From contig CBDBZY010000048.1 in NCBI GenBank assembly GCA_965213685.1, forward strand, positions 1 through 37,983: DNA of 37,983 nucleotides, written 5' to 3'. Numbering within the stretch: the first letter of the stretch is position 1; each line of letters begins with the position of its first letter. The translations under genes and the position numbers were made by a program. This document shows positions 14,085-25,300 of this stretch, piece by piece. The stretch is from a bacterium (GTDB lineage: Bacteria > UBA8248). Under the pieces are notes generated by a model. It had not been told where the DNA came from and did not search any database. It saw nothing but the letters and a program-made list of their open reading frames with translations.

Positions 14085-15817
14085 CCTCCCGGCAACTCGA
14101 GCTTCACCTTTCCGCATCACCCGCAACCGGCGACGCTCCGCTCGTCCCGGCGCGGATGGTGAACGAGTTCGTGTACTGTCCCCGTCTCGCCTATCTCATG
14201 TGGAGTCATGCCGAGTGGGCGGAGACCGGCGACACCGTGGAGGGCCGGCGGGTTCACACGCGGGCCGACCGCCCGAACAAGCCGCTCCCCGCCCCCGAAG
14301 CGCTCGAAGGCGACGATACCAAGATCGTCAGCCGCTCTCTGACTCTCTCGTCGGAGAAACTCGGCGTTATCGCCAAGATCGACATCGCCGAGGCTGAGGA
14401 CGGGGTGGTCACGCCCGTCGACTACAAGCGCGGCAAGCGCCCCCACGTGGCGCGAGGCGCCTACGAGCCGGAGCGAGTCCAGGTCTGTCTGCAGGTGCTG
14501 TTGCTGGAGGAGCATGGCTACCGGGTCGAGGAGGGCGCCATCTGGTACGCACAGAGCCGAGAGCGCGTTCGGATCGTGCCGGACGACGCGCTCCGGACCG
14601 CAGCGCGGGAGGCGGTTAGCGGCCTGCGGTTGACGGTCGTCCGCGGCCGCATCCCGCCGCCGTTGCGGGACAGCCCGAAGTGCCCGCGCTGTGCCCTCGT
14701 GTCCATCTGCCTGCCGGACGAGGTGCGGGCACTCGGCGGATCCAACCTTGCGCCCCGTCCCATCGCGGTCGGGGCGGACAAGGCCCTGCCGTTGATTGTC
14801 CAGTCGCAGCGGGCGCGCATCACCAAGGAGGGCGAGACGCTCAAGATTGCCGACGAGAAACAGGGCGACACCAAGGTGCGGTTGAACGATGTCTCCGATG
14901 TCGCGCTGTTCGGCAACGTCTCGATCACCACGCCCGCGCTCACGACGCTGATGGAACGGGAGATACCGGTGGCCTTCCACAGCCACGGCGGGTGGTTCCG
15001 CGGCGTCGCCCACGGGGTCGGCCATCGCAATGTCGAGGTTCGCACGGCGCAGTACCGGCGCAGTTTCGACGCGCGCTACTGCCTGGGATTCGCGCGCGAC
15101 CTCGTGGCTGCCAAGATACTCAACCAACGGACCATCGTCCGCCGCAACTGGCGCACCGACCGCGAGAGTCGCAAAACCGTGCTGGATCGGCTCAACGCGA
15201 CCCGGCGGTCAACGGCGTACGCAGCCTCAACAAGCGCGCTGCTGGGCCTGGAGGGGGATTCGGCTGGGACGTATTTCCGGGCGTTCGCCGATCTGCTGGC
15301 ACCGCCCGGTGCCGAGAATTCCGCGGACGAAACAGAAGACCTGGCGCCGTTCCGCTTCGACGCGCGCAACCGCCGTCCTCCGACCGACCCTGTGAACGCC
15401 ATGCTGTCCCTCGCCTACGCCATGCTGACGCGCCACCTCACGGTAGCGCTCGCTACCGTCGGGCTCGACCCCTACCGCGGCTTTTTTCATGCGCCGCGCT
15501 ACGGCAAGCCCGCCCTGTCCCTCGACATCATGGAGCCGTTCCGCCCGATCATCGCCGACTCGGTGGTGCTGTTGGTGGTGAACACCGGCGAAATCTCTGC
15601 GGGCGACTTCGTGAGCGCTCCTACGGGAACCTCGCTGACCAGCACCGGACGACGGCGCTTCGTTGGCGCGTTCGAGCGGCGGCTCTCGCAGGAGACCACG
15701 CACCCGCTCTTCGGCTACCGGCTCAGCATGCGTCGGCTTTTGCTACTACAAGCGCGGCTGTTGTGCCGCCATTTGCTGGGCGAGTTGCCCAACTATCCGC
15801 ATTATCTTCCGAGATAG
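14081..15817 (+). CDS. cas1: Cas4-Cas1 fusion
   Basis: GTGA overlap with the upstream gene. Cas4 part: NEFVYCPR, KID...PVDYKRG, Q.CLQ, SPKCPRCALVSICLPDE. Cas1 part: GLEG, RNRRPPTDPVNAMLS, G.FH, LDIMEPFRP.IAD. Intact reading frame. Confidence 0.96.
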   Translation: MTSRQLELHLSASPATGDAPLVPARMVNEFVYCPRLAYLMWSHAEWAETGDTVEGRRVHTRADRPNKPLPAPEALEGDDTKIVSRSLTLSSEKLGVIAKIDIAEAEDGVVTPVDYKRGKRPHVARGAYEPERVQVCLQVLLLEEHGYRVEEGAIWYAQSRERVRIVPDDALRTAAREAVSGLRLTVVRGRIPPPLRDSPKCPRCALVSICLPDEVRALGGSNLAPRPIAVGADKALPLIVQSQRARITKEGETLKIADEKQGDTKVRLNDVSDVALFGNVSITTPALTTLMEREIPVAFHSHGGWFRGVAHGVGHRNVEVRTAQYRRSFDARYCLGFARDLVAAKILNQRTIVRRNWRTDRESRKTVLDRLNATRRSTAYAASTSALLGLEGDSAGTYFRAFADLLAPPGAENSADETEDLAPFRFDARNRRPPTDPVNAMLSLAYAMLTRHLTVALATVGLDPYRGFFHAPRYGKPALSLDIMEPFRPIIADSVVLLVVNTGEISAGDFVSAPTGTSLTSTGRRRFVGAFERRLSQETTHPLFGYRLSMRRLLLLQARLLCRHLLGELPNYPHYLPR

Positions 15818-15826
15818 GAGATGGGC

Positions 15827-16120
15827 ATGCACGACGAACGCACTTACATCGTCACCTACGACATTTCCGACAGCAAACGCTGGCGGCGAGTTTTCAAGAC
15901 CATGCACGGCTTCGGGGAATGGCTCCAACTGTCGGTGTTCCAGTGCCGCCTGTCGCGCCGCCGCCGCGCCGAACTGGAAACGAAGCTGCGCGAACTCATC
16001 AAGTCTGGGGAGGACCACGTGCTGGTGATCGACATCGGCCCGGCGGACAAGACCGATGTCGCCGTCATGAGCATCGGCAAGACGTTTTCGGCGATCGAAC
16101 GCGAGGCTGTCGTCATATGA
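15827..16120 (+). CDS. cas2: Cas2
   Basis: YIVTYDISDSKRWRRVFK and GEWLQLSVFQC. AGGAG at 15816-15820 favours ATG 15827 (alternative 15821). Confidence 0.96.
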   Translation: MHDERTYIVTYDISDSKRWRRVFKTMHGFGEWLQLSVFQCRLSRRRRAELETKLRELIKSGEDHVLVIDIGPADKTDVAVMSIGKTFSAIEREAVVI

Positions 16121-16384
16121 TTGCGCAAGCGAGTCCGGGGGCGGAGAGTCGTATGTCAGGCTTCGAAATCCAGTGCTGTCGGTCTCGCCGACCCGGTTCG
16201 AGCGGTGAGGGAGCGCAGGAGCGTCGGGGGCTGCTCGAAATATCGCAACCAGCAGATTTTCAAGAGTTTCTGAGCGTTGTCCAGACCATGAGAGGAGCCA
16301 GATAGGTGTCGACAGGCAGGGAATTTCCTGATCGCTCGAAATCGACCGGATTTGTCTTGACCGTCAAAGGGTTGTATGATGACT
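16121..16384 (+). promoter_or_regulatory. CRISPR leader
   Basis: Non-coding 264 nt between cas2 and the first repeat. Contains TTCGAGC/GCTCGAAAT motifs, IHF-like sites, and TTGTCT-17nt-TATGAT (16352-16380). Degenerate repeats occur at the far end of the array. Confidence 0.8.
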
Positions 16385-19300
16385 GCATCCGGGGCATATA
16401 CGCCCCGGCCTCATTGAAGGACGAGGTCGCTTGATCTCGCTCGCAGCCTTCACGAGCATCCGGGGCATATACGCCCCGGCCTCATTGAAGGTTAGGAACG
16501 GGCTCATAATACATCTGGAACTGATTGGGCATCCGGGGCATATACGCCCCGGCCTCATTGAAGGACCGACCCGTTCCAGCCATTCCCGCGCCTCTTGGAT
16601 CGCATCCGGGGCATATACGCCCCGGCCTCATTGAAGGCCGCGCCGCCGCCGCCGCGTCCAGGGCGGCGCCCATCCCGGGGCATCCGGGGCATATACGCCC
16701 CGGCCTCATTGAAGGAGTTTCCGCTCACTCGCATCCCAGTGCAAGATCATGGGCATCCGGGGCATATACGCCCCGGCCTCATTGAAGGGCCGTCGGCGCC
16801 ATCAAAAATTTCATCACACAGGCAGGGCATCCGGGGCATATACGCCCCGGCCTCATTGAAGGGAACGCTATTGCGAAGTGGAGGATCTGGACGAAGCGGC
16901 ATCCGGGGCATATACGCCCCGGCCTCATTGAAGGGCCCCCGGAGGTGGATACATCCCCTAAAGAAGAAGCAGTGGCATCCGGGGCATATACGCCCCGGCC
17001 TCATTGAAGGTCGTGGGCGCCGCCGAACTCCCGGATGCTCGCGTGCATCGCATCCGGGGCATATACGCCCCGGCCTCATTGAAGGATGAACAATCTGGCG
17101 AAGTGGTCCAGAGAGGGAGTAGCATCCGGGGCATATACGCCCCGGCCTCATTGAAGGCCGAGGCCGGGAGTGCGTATCGAGAATCTCAGTACGGGGCATC
17201 CGGGGCATATACGCCCCGGCCTCATTGAAGGGCGTTCGAGGGTCGCCATCGCCTCAATATCGCTGGGGTGCATCCGGGGCATATACGCCCCGGCCTCATT
17301 GAAGGAGTGGTGCGCTATTCAGTGGACGCCTGGTTGCCGCCGCGCATCCGGGGCATATACGCCCCGGCCTCATTGAAGGTCGACCTCGCTGGGTGTATCC
17401 GGGAACTGGGAATGCGCATCCGGGGCATATACGCCCCGGCCTCATTGAAGGGTTTCCCCGCGACCTGTCATCGTTGCTGCGTCGGACGCATCCGGGGCAT
17501 ATACGCCCCGGCCTCATTGAAGGATATGTTCTCGCGCAGGTATCCGCGATACACGTACCCCGCATCCGGGGCATATACGCCCCGGCCTCATTGAAGGGTC
17601 TCTCGGCAAGGCTGTCCTCGGTCAGGTTAATCAGTGCATCCGGGGCATATACGCCCCGGCCTCATTGAAGGGAGCGGGAAGCGGACGAAGCGTACTATCG
17701 TATGATCGGCGCATCCGGGGCATATACGCCCCGGCCTCATTGAAGGATGGATGCTTAGGAAAGATCCCAAGCCGTCTCAAGCGCGGCATCCGGGGCATAT
17801 ACGCCCCGGCCTCATTGAAGGTGCTATCCGCCTTGCTTGCCGTTTGCTGATAGGCATTGCATCCGGGGCATATACGCCCCGGCCTCATTGAAGGTGCGAT
17901 CAGTATGGCCGGCAAGTGGCGCGGATCGGAAACGCATCCGGGGCATATACGCCCCGGCCTCATTGAAGGGGACGAGCCGGGGGAGATACACCTATGGAGG
18001 CTCCGTGCATCCGGGGCATATACGCCCCGGCCTCATTGAAGCGAACGCGCTCGTCCGGAATCCGAAACTCTGTAATTGGCATCCGGGGCATATACGCCCC
18101 GGCCTCATTGAAGCGATTTCATGACGGCGTCCAGCATCCGCGAGAGGCCTGGCATCCGGGGCATATACGCCCCGGCCTCATTGAAGCTCCCCGTTGCGGG
18201 AGAAGCGGATGACGCCCTGGTCCTCGTAGGCATCCGGGGCATATACGCCCCGGCCTCATTGAAGCCCCCACGGCGACCCCTCCGTCTTCCTTGACTTCCA
18301 CGCATCCGGGGCATATACGCCCCGGCCTCATTGAAGCCAAATCCAACACCACGCAATCAAAACGCGCGGCGGAGCATCCGGGGCATATACGCCCCGGCCT
18401 CATTGAAGCATAGGCTCGGGTTCCTCGGGTGGGGAATCACTCCCTGGCATCCGGGGCATATACGCCCCGGCCTCATTGAAGCACGTCCACCGTGGAGGGT
18501 TCTGGCGTCGCCTCGCGCGTGCATCCGGGGCATATACGCCCCGGCCTCATTGAAGCGACGAGTTCGGAGACGCCCCAGTCGCGGAAGTAGTGCATCCGGG
18601 GCATATACGCCCCGGCCTCATTGAAGCATCCGCTGGCGCGAGTGGAAGGACGCCGAGGAAATCGGCATCCGGGGCATATACGCCCCGGCCTCATTGAAGC
18701 CGAATCGTTTCGGTCAGTGGACACTCGACGGCGGAGAGCATCCGGGGCATATACGCCCCGGCCTCATTGAAGCCGTCGAGACCTCGCTGCGAGCGTCCGT
18801 TCAAAGATGAGCATCCGGGGCATATACGCCCCGGCCTCATTGAAGCCCGCTGTCGAGTTTTACCGCTGCGTTTCGGTCGACGGCATCCGGGGCATATACG
18901 CCCCGGCCTCATTGAAGCGTGACCAGTACGTCCATCTGCCATGGAGGCGACTCGCGCATCCGGGGCATATACGCCCCGGCCTCATTGAAGCGTCTACGAC
19001 CTGCACGTCACCTGTGATCAACACGAGGCATCCGGGGCATATACGCCCCGGCCTCATTGAAGCGCGTCAGCACGGCGTCCATGATCCTCCACTGGGATGG
19101 CATCCGGGGCATATACGCCCCGGCCTCATTGAAGCGGGAGGCGGCGGGCGTTCCCGAACGACCGCTGCCACAGCATCCGGGGCATATACGCCCCGGCCTC
19201 ATTGAAGCGTGATGTCGATATACCCACTCGGGCGAGATGAAACGGGGCATCCGGGGCATATACGCCCCGGCCTCATTGAAGCAGTTGCATCATCCATTCC

Positions 19301-22300
19301 GGGTTGCAGGGTTTGCCGGCGCATCCGGGGCATATACGCCCCGGCCTCATTGAAGCCCTCCAGTTTCGTTTCGATCCTCGCCAGTCTCTGCGCATCCGGG
19401 GCATATACGCCCCGGCCTCATTGAAGCGGCGTGGTCCAGCACCGGCAGCAACAAGGACGCGAGGCATCCGGGGCATATACGCCCCGGCCTCATTGAAGCC
19501 GTGGAGATCGGCCCCATTCACGCCCCCGCCGGGGACCATCCGGGGCATATACGCCCCGGCCTCATTGAAGCCGTTTGAGGTTGTCCAACGAGGCAAACAG
19601 CGCTCCAAAGCATCCGGGGCATATACGCCCCGGCCTCATTGAAGCGAGAAAAGGTTCGGGCGTCCGGAGATCGTGCGCGAGGGCATCCGGGGCATATACG
19701 CCCCGGCCTCATTGAAGGTCGGTGTCGGTCTCGTTCGTAAGCCCGCGTACCCCCAGCATCCGGGGCATATACGCCCCGGCCTCATTGAAGCCGTTTGAGG
19801 TTGTCCAACGAGGCAAACAGCGCTCCAAAGCATCCGGGGCATATACGCCCCGGCCTCATTGAAGCGTGCCCGAAGTTGACGGGGTCAGCGGAGTAGTTTC
19901 GGCGGGCATCCGGGGCATATACGCCCCGGCCTCATTGAAGCTCGCGATCTGGGGGCGTTCCTGGCTGGTCTCTCGGGGCATCCGGGGCATATACGCCCCG
20001 GCCTCATTGAAGCCTGTGTGGCGAATTTGGCCTGGACTGCCTCACCGTCGCATCCGGGGCATATACGCCCCGGCCTCATTGAAGCCGGCGGCCGGCCTGG
20101 GACATCATCCGGGAGGGGCCTCGCGGCATCCGGGGCATATACGCCCCGGCCTCATTGAAGCCGTCGGGCCGGCATCGTGGTCGGTTGGACATCCTGAGCA
20201 TCCGGGGCATATACGCCCCGGCCTCATTGAAGCTTCTGTCGGCGCCACGATTTCCAGGCGCCGTCGGGGGTGCATCCGGGGCATATACGCCCCGGCCTCA
20301 TTGAAGCATTCCTTACTAGCCCATTCACGCCGGGGCCTTCGGGCGCATCCGGGGCATATACGCCCCGGCCTCATTGAAGCTTTTGAAAAAAAAGTGTTGT
20401 TTCACTGATTTTTTTCTCGCATCCGGGGCATATACGCCCCGGCCTCATTGAAGCGAGACGGCGCTGGCCGGCATCTGGCCGGGCGCCGTAGGCATCCGGG
20501 GCATATACGCCCCGGCCTCATTGAAGCTTCATCCGCTCGGACAAGCTCGACCTCTTCCTCGACCGGGCATCCGGGGCATATACGCCCCGGCCTCATTGAA
20601 GCATGACCATTCCGGCGGCGTCCGAAGCAAGGACGCGGAGCATCCGGGGCATATACGCCCCGGCCTCATTGAAGCTATCTCTCAGCATTGATTTTCCTCC
20701 CAGACGGGGCGGGGCATCCGGGGCATATACGCCCCGGCCTCATTGAAGCGGGATCAAGGGAGACTGGATCAATGAGTAAGCTGAAGCATCCGGGGCATAT
20801 ACGCCCCGGCCTCATTGAAGCTTTCGGATGGTCGACGCGAGATCGCGCCGGAGCGCCTCGCATCCGGGGCATATACGCCCCGGCCTCATTGAAGCCCCGG
20901 GCAGGCCCAGGAAGGCACAGCCCGAGAAGCGGGCGGCATCCGGGGCATATACGCCCCGGCCTCATTGAAGCATCCTGCCCGAGCCCACCGTCATCAATTA
21001 TGAGAGCTGCATCCGGGGCATATACGCCCCGGCCTCATTGAAGCTTTCGGATGGTCGACGCGAGATCGCGCCGGAGCGCCTCGCATCCGGGGCATATACG
21101 CCCCGGCCTCATTGAAGCATCCTGCCTTGTCGGGGCAGGACGCCTCAATGCTCGTGGGCATCCGGGGCATATACGCCCCGGCCTCATTGAAGCGTGCAGT
21201 ACCGCTGCATGAATTCGACCATCTCGTCAGGCATCCGGGGCATATACGCCCCGGCCTCATTGAAGCATGTCGCGTCCCCCTTTCGGTTTCCGGGGCGGGT
21301 CATGCATCCGGGGCATATACGCCCCGGCCTCATTGAAGCCAGCGGTGGAGCCGCTCGCAATCGCAGTGGGTGCGCGGCATCCGGGGCATATACGCCCCGG
21401 CCTCATTGAAGCGGTTTTCTTTTCCTGCCTTGCTTTCCCTGCTGATCTGGCATCCGGGGCATATACGCCCCGGCCTCATTGAAGCCCCGACGGACTTCAT
21501 CCCGTTTCGCTCGATCTCCCCGAGAGCATCCGGGGCATATACGCCCCGGCCTCATTGAAGCTGCCATTCTGGATGCGATATTTTCAGCTTTATCGAGAGG
21601 CATCCGGGGCATATACGCCCCGGCCTCATTGAAGCGTCCGTCGCAAGGAAAGGAGAACTAGGAAAAGGGGGCTGCATCCGGGGCATATACGCCCCGGCCT
21701 CATTGAAGCGCGTCGAAAAATGGGCGCCCGATTGATGGCACCAGGAGCATCCGGGGCATATACGCCCCGGCCTCATTGAAGCGCCTCGGCTGCTGACACT
21801 CATCGAGTCTCTTCTCGAAATGCATCCGGGGCATATACGCCCCGGCCTCATTGAAGCATCTCCCGATTTCCCAAGCTGCGAAACTGACCCAGACGCATCC
21901 GGGGCATATACGCCCCGGCCTCATTGAAGCGGGATTTTGGGGTCGGGTCATCCAACCCCTATAATTTGCATCCGGGGCATATACGCCCCGGCCTCATTGA
22001 AGCCGAGTATGGACGCGTTCCCCACTCGGACTTCTCGAGGCGCATCCGGGGCATATACGCCCCGGCCTCATTGAAGCGTGGACTTTATTACCTTCTCATC
22101 CTCTTCGTGAGACCGCATCCGGGGCATATACGCCCCGGCCTCATTGAAGGCCGCATCCGATCAGTCTCCGAGTTTGGGCGGCCAGTGTATCCGGGGCATA
22201 TACGCCCCGGCCTCATTGAAGGTCACCTCATATGAGATGATGGGCGGACCGGCGCGGTGGGTATCCGGGGCATATACGCCCCGGCCTCATTGAAGGCCAC

Positions 22301-25300
22301 CGATCACCTCATAGTGGATGGAGGCAGGGATGTATCCGGGGCATATACGCCCCGGCCTCATTGAAGGTGAGACGGCATCCATGATCTCCTCAGGAGATTT
22401 GAAGTATCCGGGGCATATACGCCCCGGCCTCATTGAAGGTGAGACGGCATCCATGATCTCCTCAGGAGATTTGAAGTATCCGGGGCATATACGCCCCGGC
22501 CTCATTGAAGGTGAGACGGCATCCATGATCTCCTCAGGAGATTTGAAGTATCCGGGGCATATACGCCCCGGCCTCATTGAAGGCGCTCGCAAAAGAGTCC
22601 GATAGTAGTCATCACCCACCCGTATCCGGGGCATATACGCCCCGGCCTCATTGAAGGGGCCTGAAAAGGGAGAACGATGGGATCGGATGCTCACGTATCC
22701 GGGGCATATACGCCCCGGCCTCATTGAAGGGGCGGCCTCTTCGATCGACTGCTCGGGGGCGCCGGCGGTGTATCCGGGGCATATACGCCCCGGCCTCATT
22801 GAAGGTTTTTAGGCTTTTTGGGGATGGGGTGGATGTGGTATGTATCCGGGGCATATACGCCCCGGCCTCATTGAAGGAGTTTGTCTTTCGCTCTGTAGTA
22901 TCCCGTCGAGCGCGGTATCCGGGGCATATACGCCCCGGCCTCATTGAAGGGACCTCCGCGACGCATCCGGTGCCTCCTACATCCCAGTATCCGGGGCATA
23001 TACGCCCCGGCCTCATTGAAGGCAATTCCAATTTTCGGGGCGATCGACTGCCTCTTCTGCGTATCCGGGGCATATACGCCCCGGCCTCATTGAAGGGTCA
23101 CGGACTTTGTTTTCACGCCGATGGCCACACAATCGGTATCCGGGGCATATACGCCCCGGCCTCATTGAAGGGTGGACAGCCGCCCGCTCCAGCCCCTGGA
23201 CGCCGCCGTATCCGGGGCATATACGCCCCGGCCTCATTGAAGGTGGCGGGCGATGCCAGAGGAAGTCGATGGCATCGTCGTATCCGGGGCATATACGCCC
23301 CGGCCTCATTGAAGGACGAGTGGAGACGCCAGCAGCAGCGCCGAAACGGACGGTATCCGGGGCATATACGCCCCGGCCTCATTGAAGGATCCCCACGAGC
23401 GCATCCACGTCCACGATGATGCGACGTATCCGGGGCATATACGCCCCGGCCTCATTGAAGGGCGAGCCAGTCGGATGCGTCATTGAGCTCTTTGCTGTGT
23501 ATCCGGGGCATATACGCCCCGGCCTCATTGAAGGATCCCCACGAGCGCATCCACGTCCACGATGATGCGACGTATCCGGGGCATATACGCCCCGGCCTCA
23601 TTGAAGATCTTCTTTCTTGGTATAAACGAACGGGCCTACCCCACGGGTATCCGGGGCATATACGCCCCGGCCTCATTGAAGAGACTCCGATGAGACCCGC
23701 ACGGCGCTCCGTGCGGGCGGGTATCCGGGGCATATACGCCCCGGCCTCATTGAAGGAGGTGAGCGATCGCGTCGAAACGGACGGCAAGACCTAGTATCCG
23801 GGGCATATACGCCCCGGCCTCATTGAAGATCCGAGACTCGGGAAATTTCGCCATCAATGGGTTGGCGGTATCCGGGGCATATACGCCCCGGCCTCATTGA
23901 AGATCGTTGCTGATCGTAGTATGCGACGGGGGTGTTGCGACGGGTATCCGGGGCATATACGCCCCGGCCTCATTGAAGAGATGGAGACGGCCAAGGGGAT
24001 GGTGGTGACCGGATGGGGTATCCGGGGCATATACGCCCCGGCCTCATTGAAGAGCGCGCGTAGCCTCCCTCCCTCCGCCCATAGCTGTAGGGTATCCGGG
24101 GCATATACGCCCCGGCCTCATTGAAGATTTCCCGGTCGGCGAAACCTGTCCACGACCACCAACTGGGTATCCGGGGCATATACGCCCCGGCCTCATTGAA
24201 GAGTTCCGGAGGATGAGACGGAGGTCGTGGATGAGAGGAGGGTATCCGGGGCATATACGCCCCGGCCTCATTGAAGCCGGACGATTCTCGGTGGCCAGTC
24301 CGTCCATATCAGCGTCGGGTATCCGGGGCATATACGCCCCGGCCTCATTGAAGGGCGATCAATTTACTGCTCGGAGAATCGATCGACAAGCAGTATCCGG
24401 GGCATATACGCCCCGGCCTCATTGAAGGTCGTATGATAAACGCGTCCTCAGCGAAGGTGGAATCGGTATCCGGGGCATATACGCCCCGGCCTCATTGAAG
24501 GGGGTCGTCTTGCCCGACGATGGAGTTGTGCGCGAGTTGTATCCGGGGCATATACGCCCCGGCCTCATTGAAGGACGGAGGCGACAAGCAATCGCCTGAG
24601 GTATCAGGATGGTATCCGGGGCATATACGCCCCGGCCTCATTGAAGGCCCGGAGAGTGTCTCACTCCCTTTCTTTTGAGTTTCTCGTATCCGGGGCATAT
24701 ACGCCCCGGCCTCATTGAAGGGGTCAAGTCGCCCCCACGAGCCGTTCCGAAGGAGCGGGTATCCGGGGCATATACGCCCCGGCCTCATTGAAGGATCCCG
24801 GCCGGCTCCCGAGCGTCGACCGATACCGAGGCGGTATCCGGGGCATATACGCCCCGGCCTCATTGAAGGAGGCATTACGGCAAAGTGAAAAAGATTCTTA
24901 TTTCTTTCGTATCCGGGGCATATACGCCCCGGCCTCATTGAAGGAGGCATTACGGCAAAGTGAAAAAGATTCTTATTTCTTTCGTATCCGGGGCATATAC
25001 GCCCCGGCCTCATTGAAGGGGTGCGAGATCGGATCGAACGCGCCATCGTGAATGGGATGTATCCGGGGCATATACGCCCCGGCCTCATTGAAGGCGGTGG
25101 ATGGGTCGACACGGACGAGCTCCGTGTCGGAAGTATCCGGGGCATATACGCCCCGGCCTCATTGAAGGAGGAAGTCTGCGATCTGGGCAAACAGCCCAGT
25201 CGTGGGTATCCGGGGCATATACGCCCCGGCCTCATTGAAGGCTATTGCCCTGAACAGACGCGCTGTGTGGCGCGTGTGGGGTATCCGGGGCATATACGCC

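Noticed and set aside
8937-15703. Long antisense and alternative-frame ORFs over the cas genes (similar ones occur over hsdR/hsdM and the Rid gene)
   Set aside because: Arg/Pro/Ala-rich shadow ORFs expected at high GC, with no recognisable motifs.
18007-22150. Variable last repeat base as a PAM-derived nucleotide, as in E. coli type I-E
   Set aside because: The base changes in long blocks coupled to the next repeat's 5' end rather than spacer by spacer.
19064-22403. Short shared words between different spacers (e.g. ACGGC(G/A)TCCATGATC, TCACCTCATA)
   Set aside because: 10-15 nt matches among about 150 GC-rich spacers with dissimilar flanks are compatible with chance.
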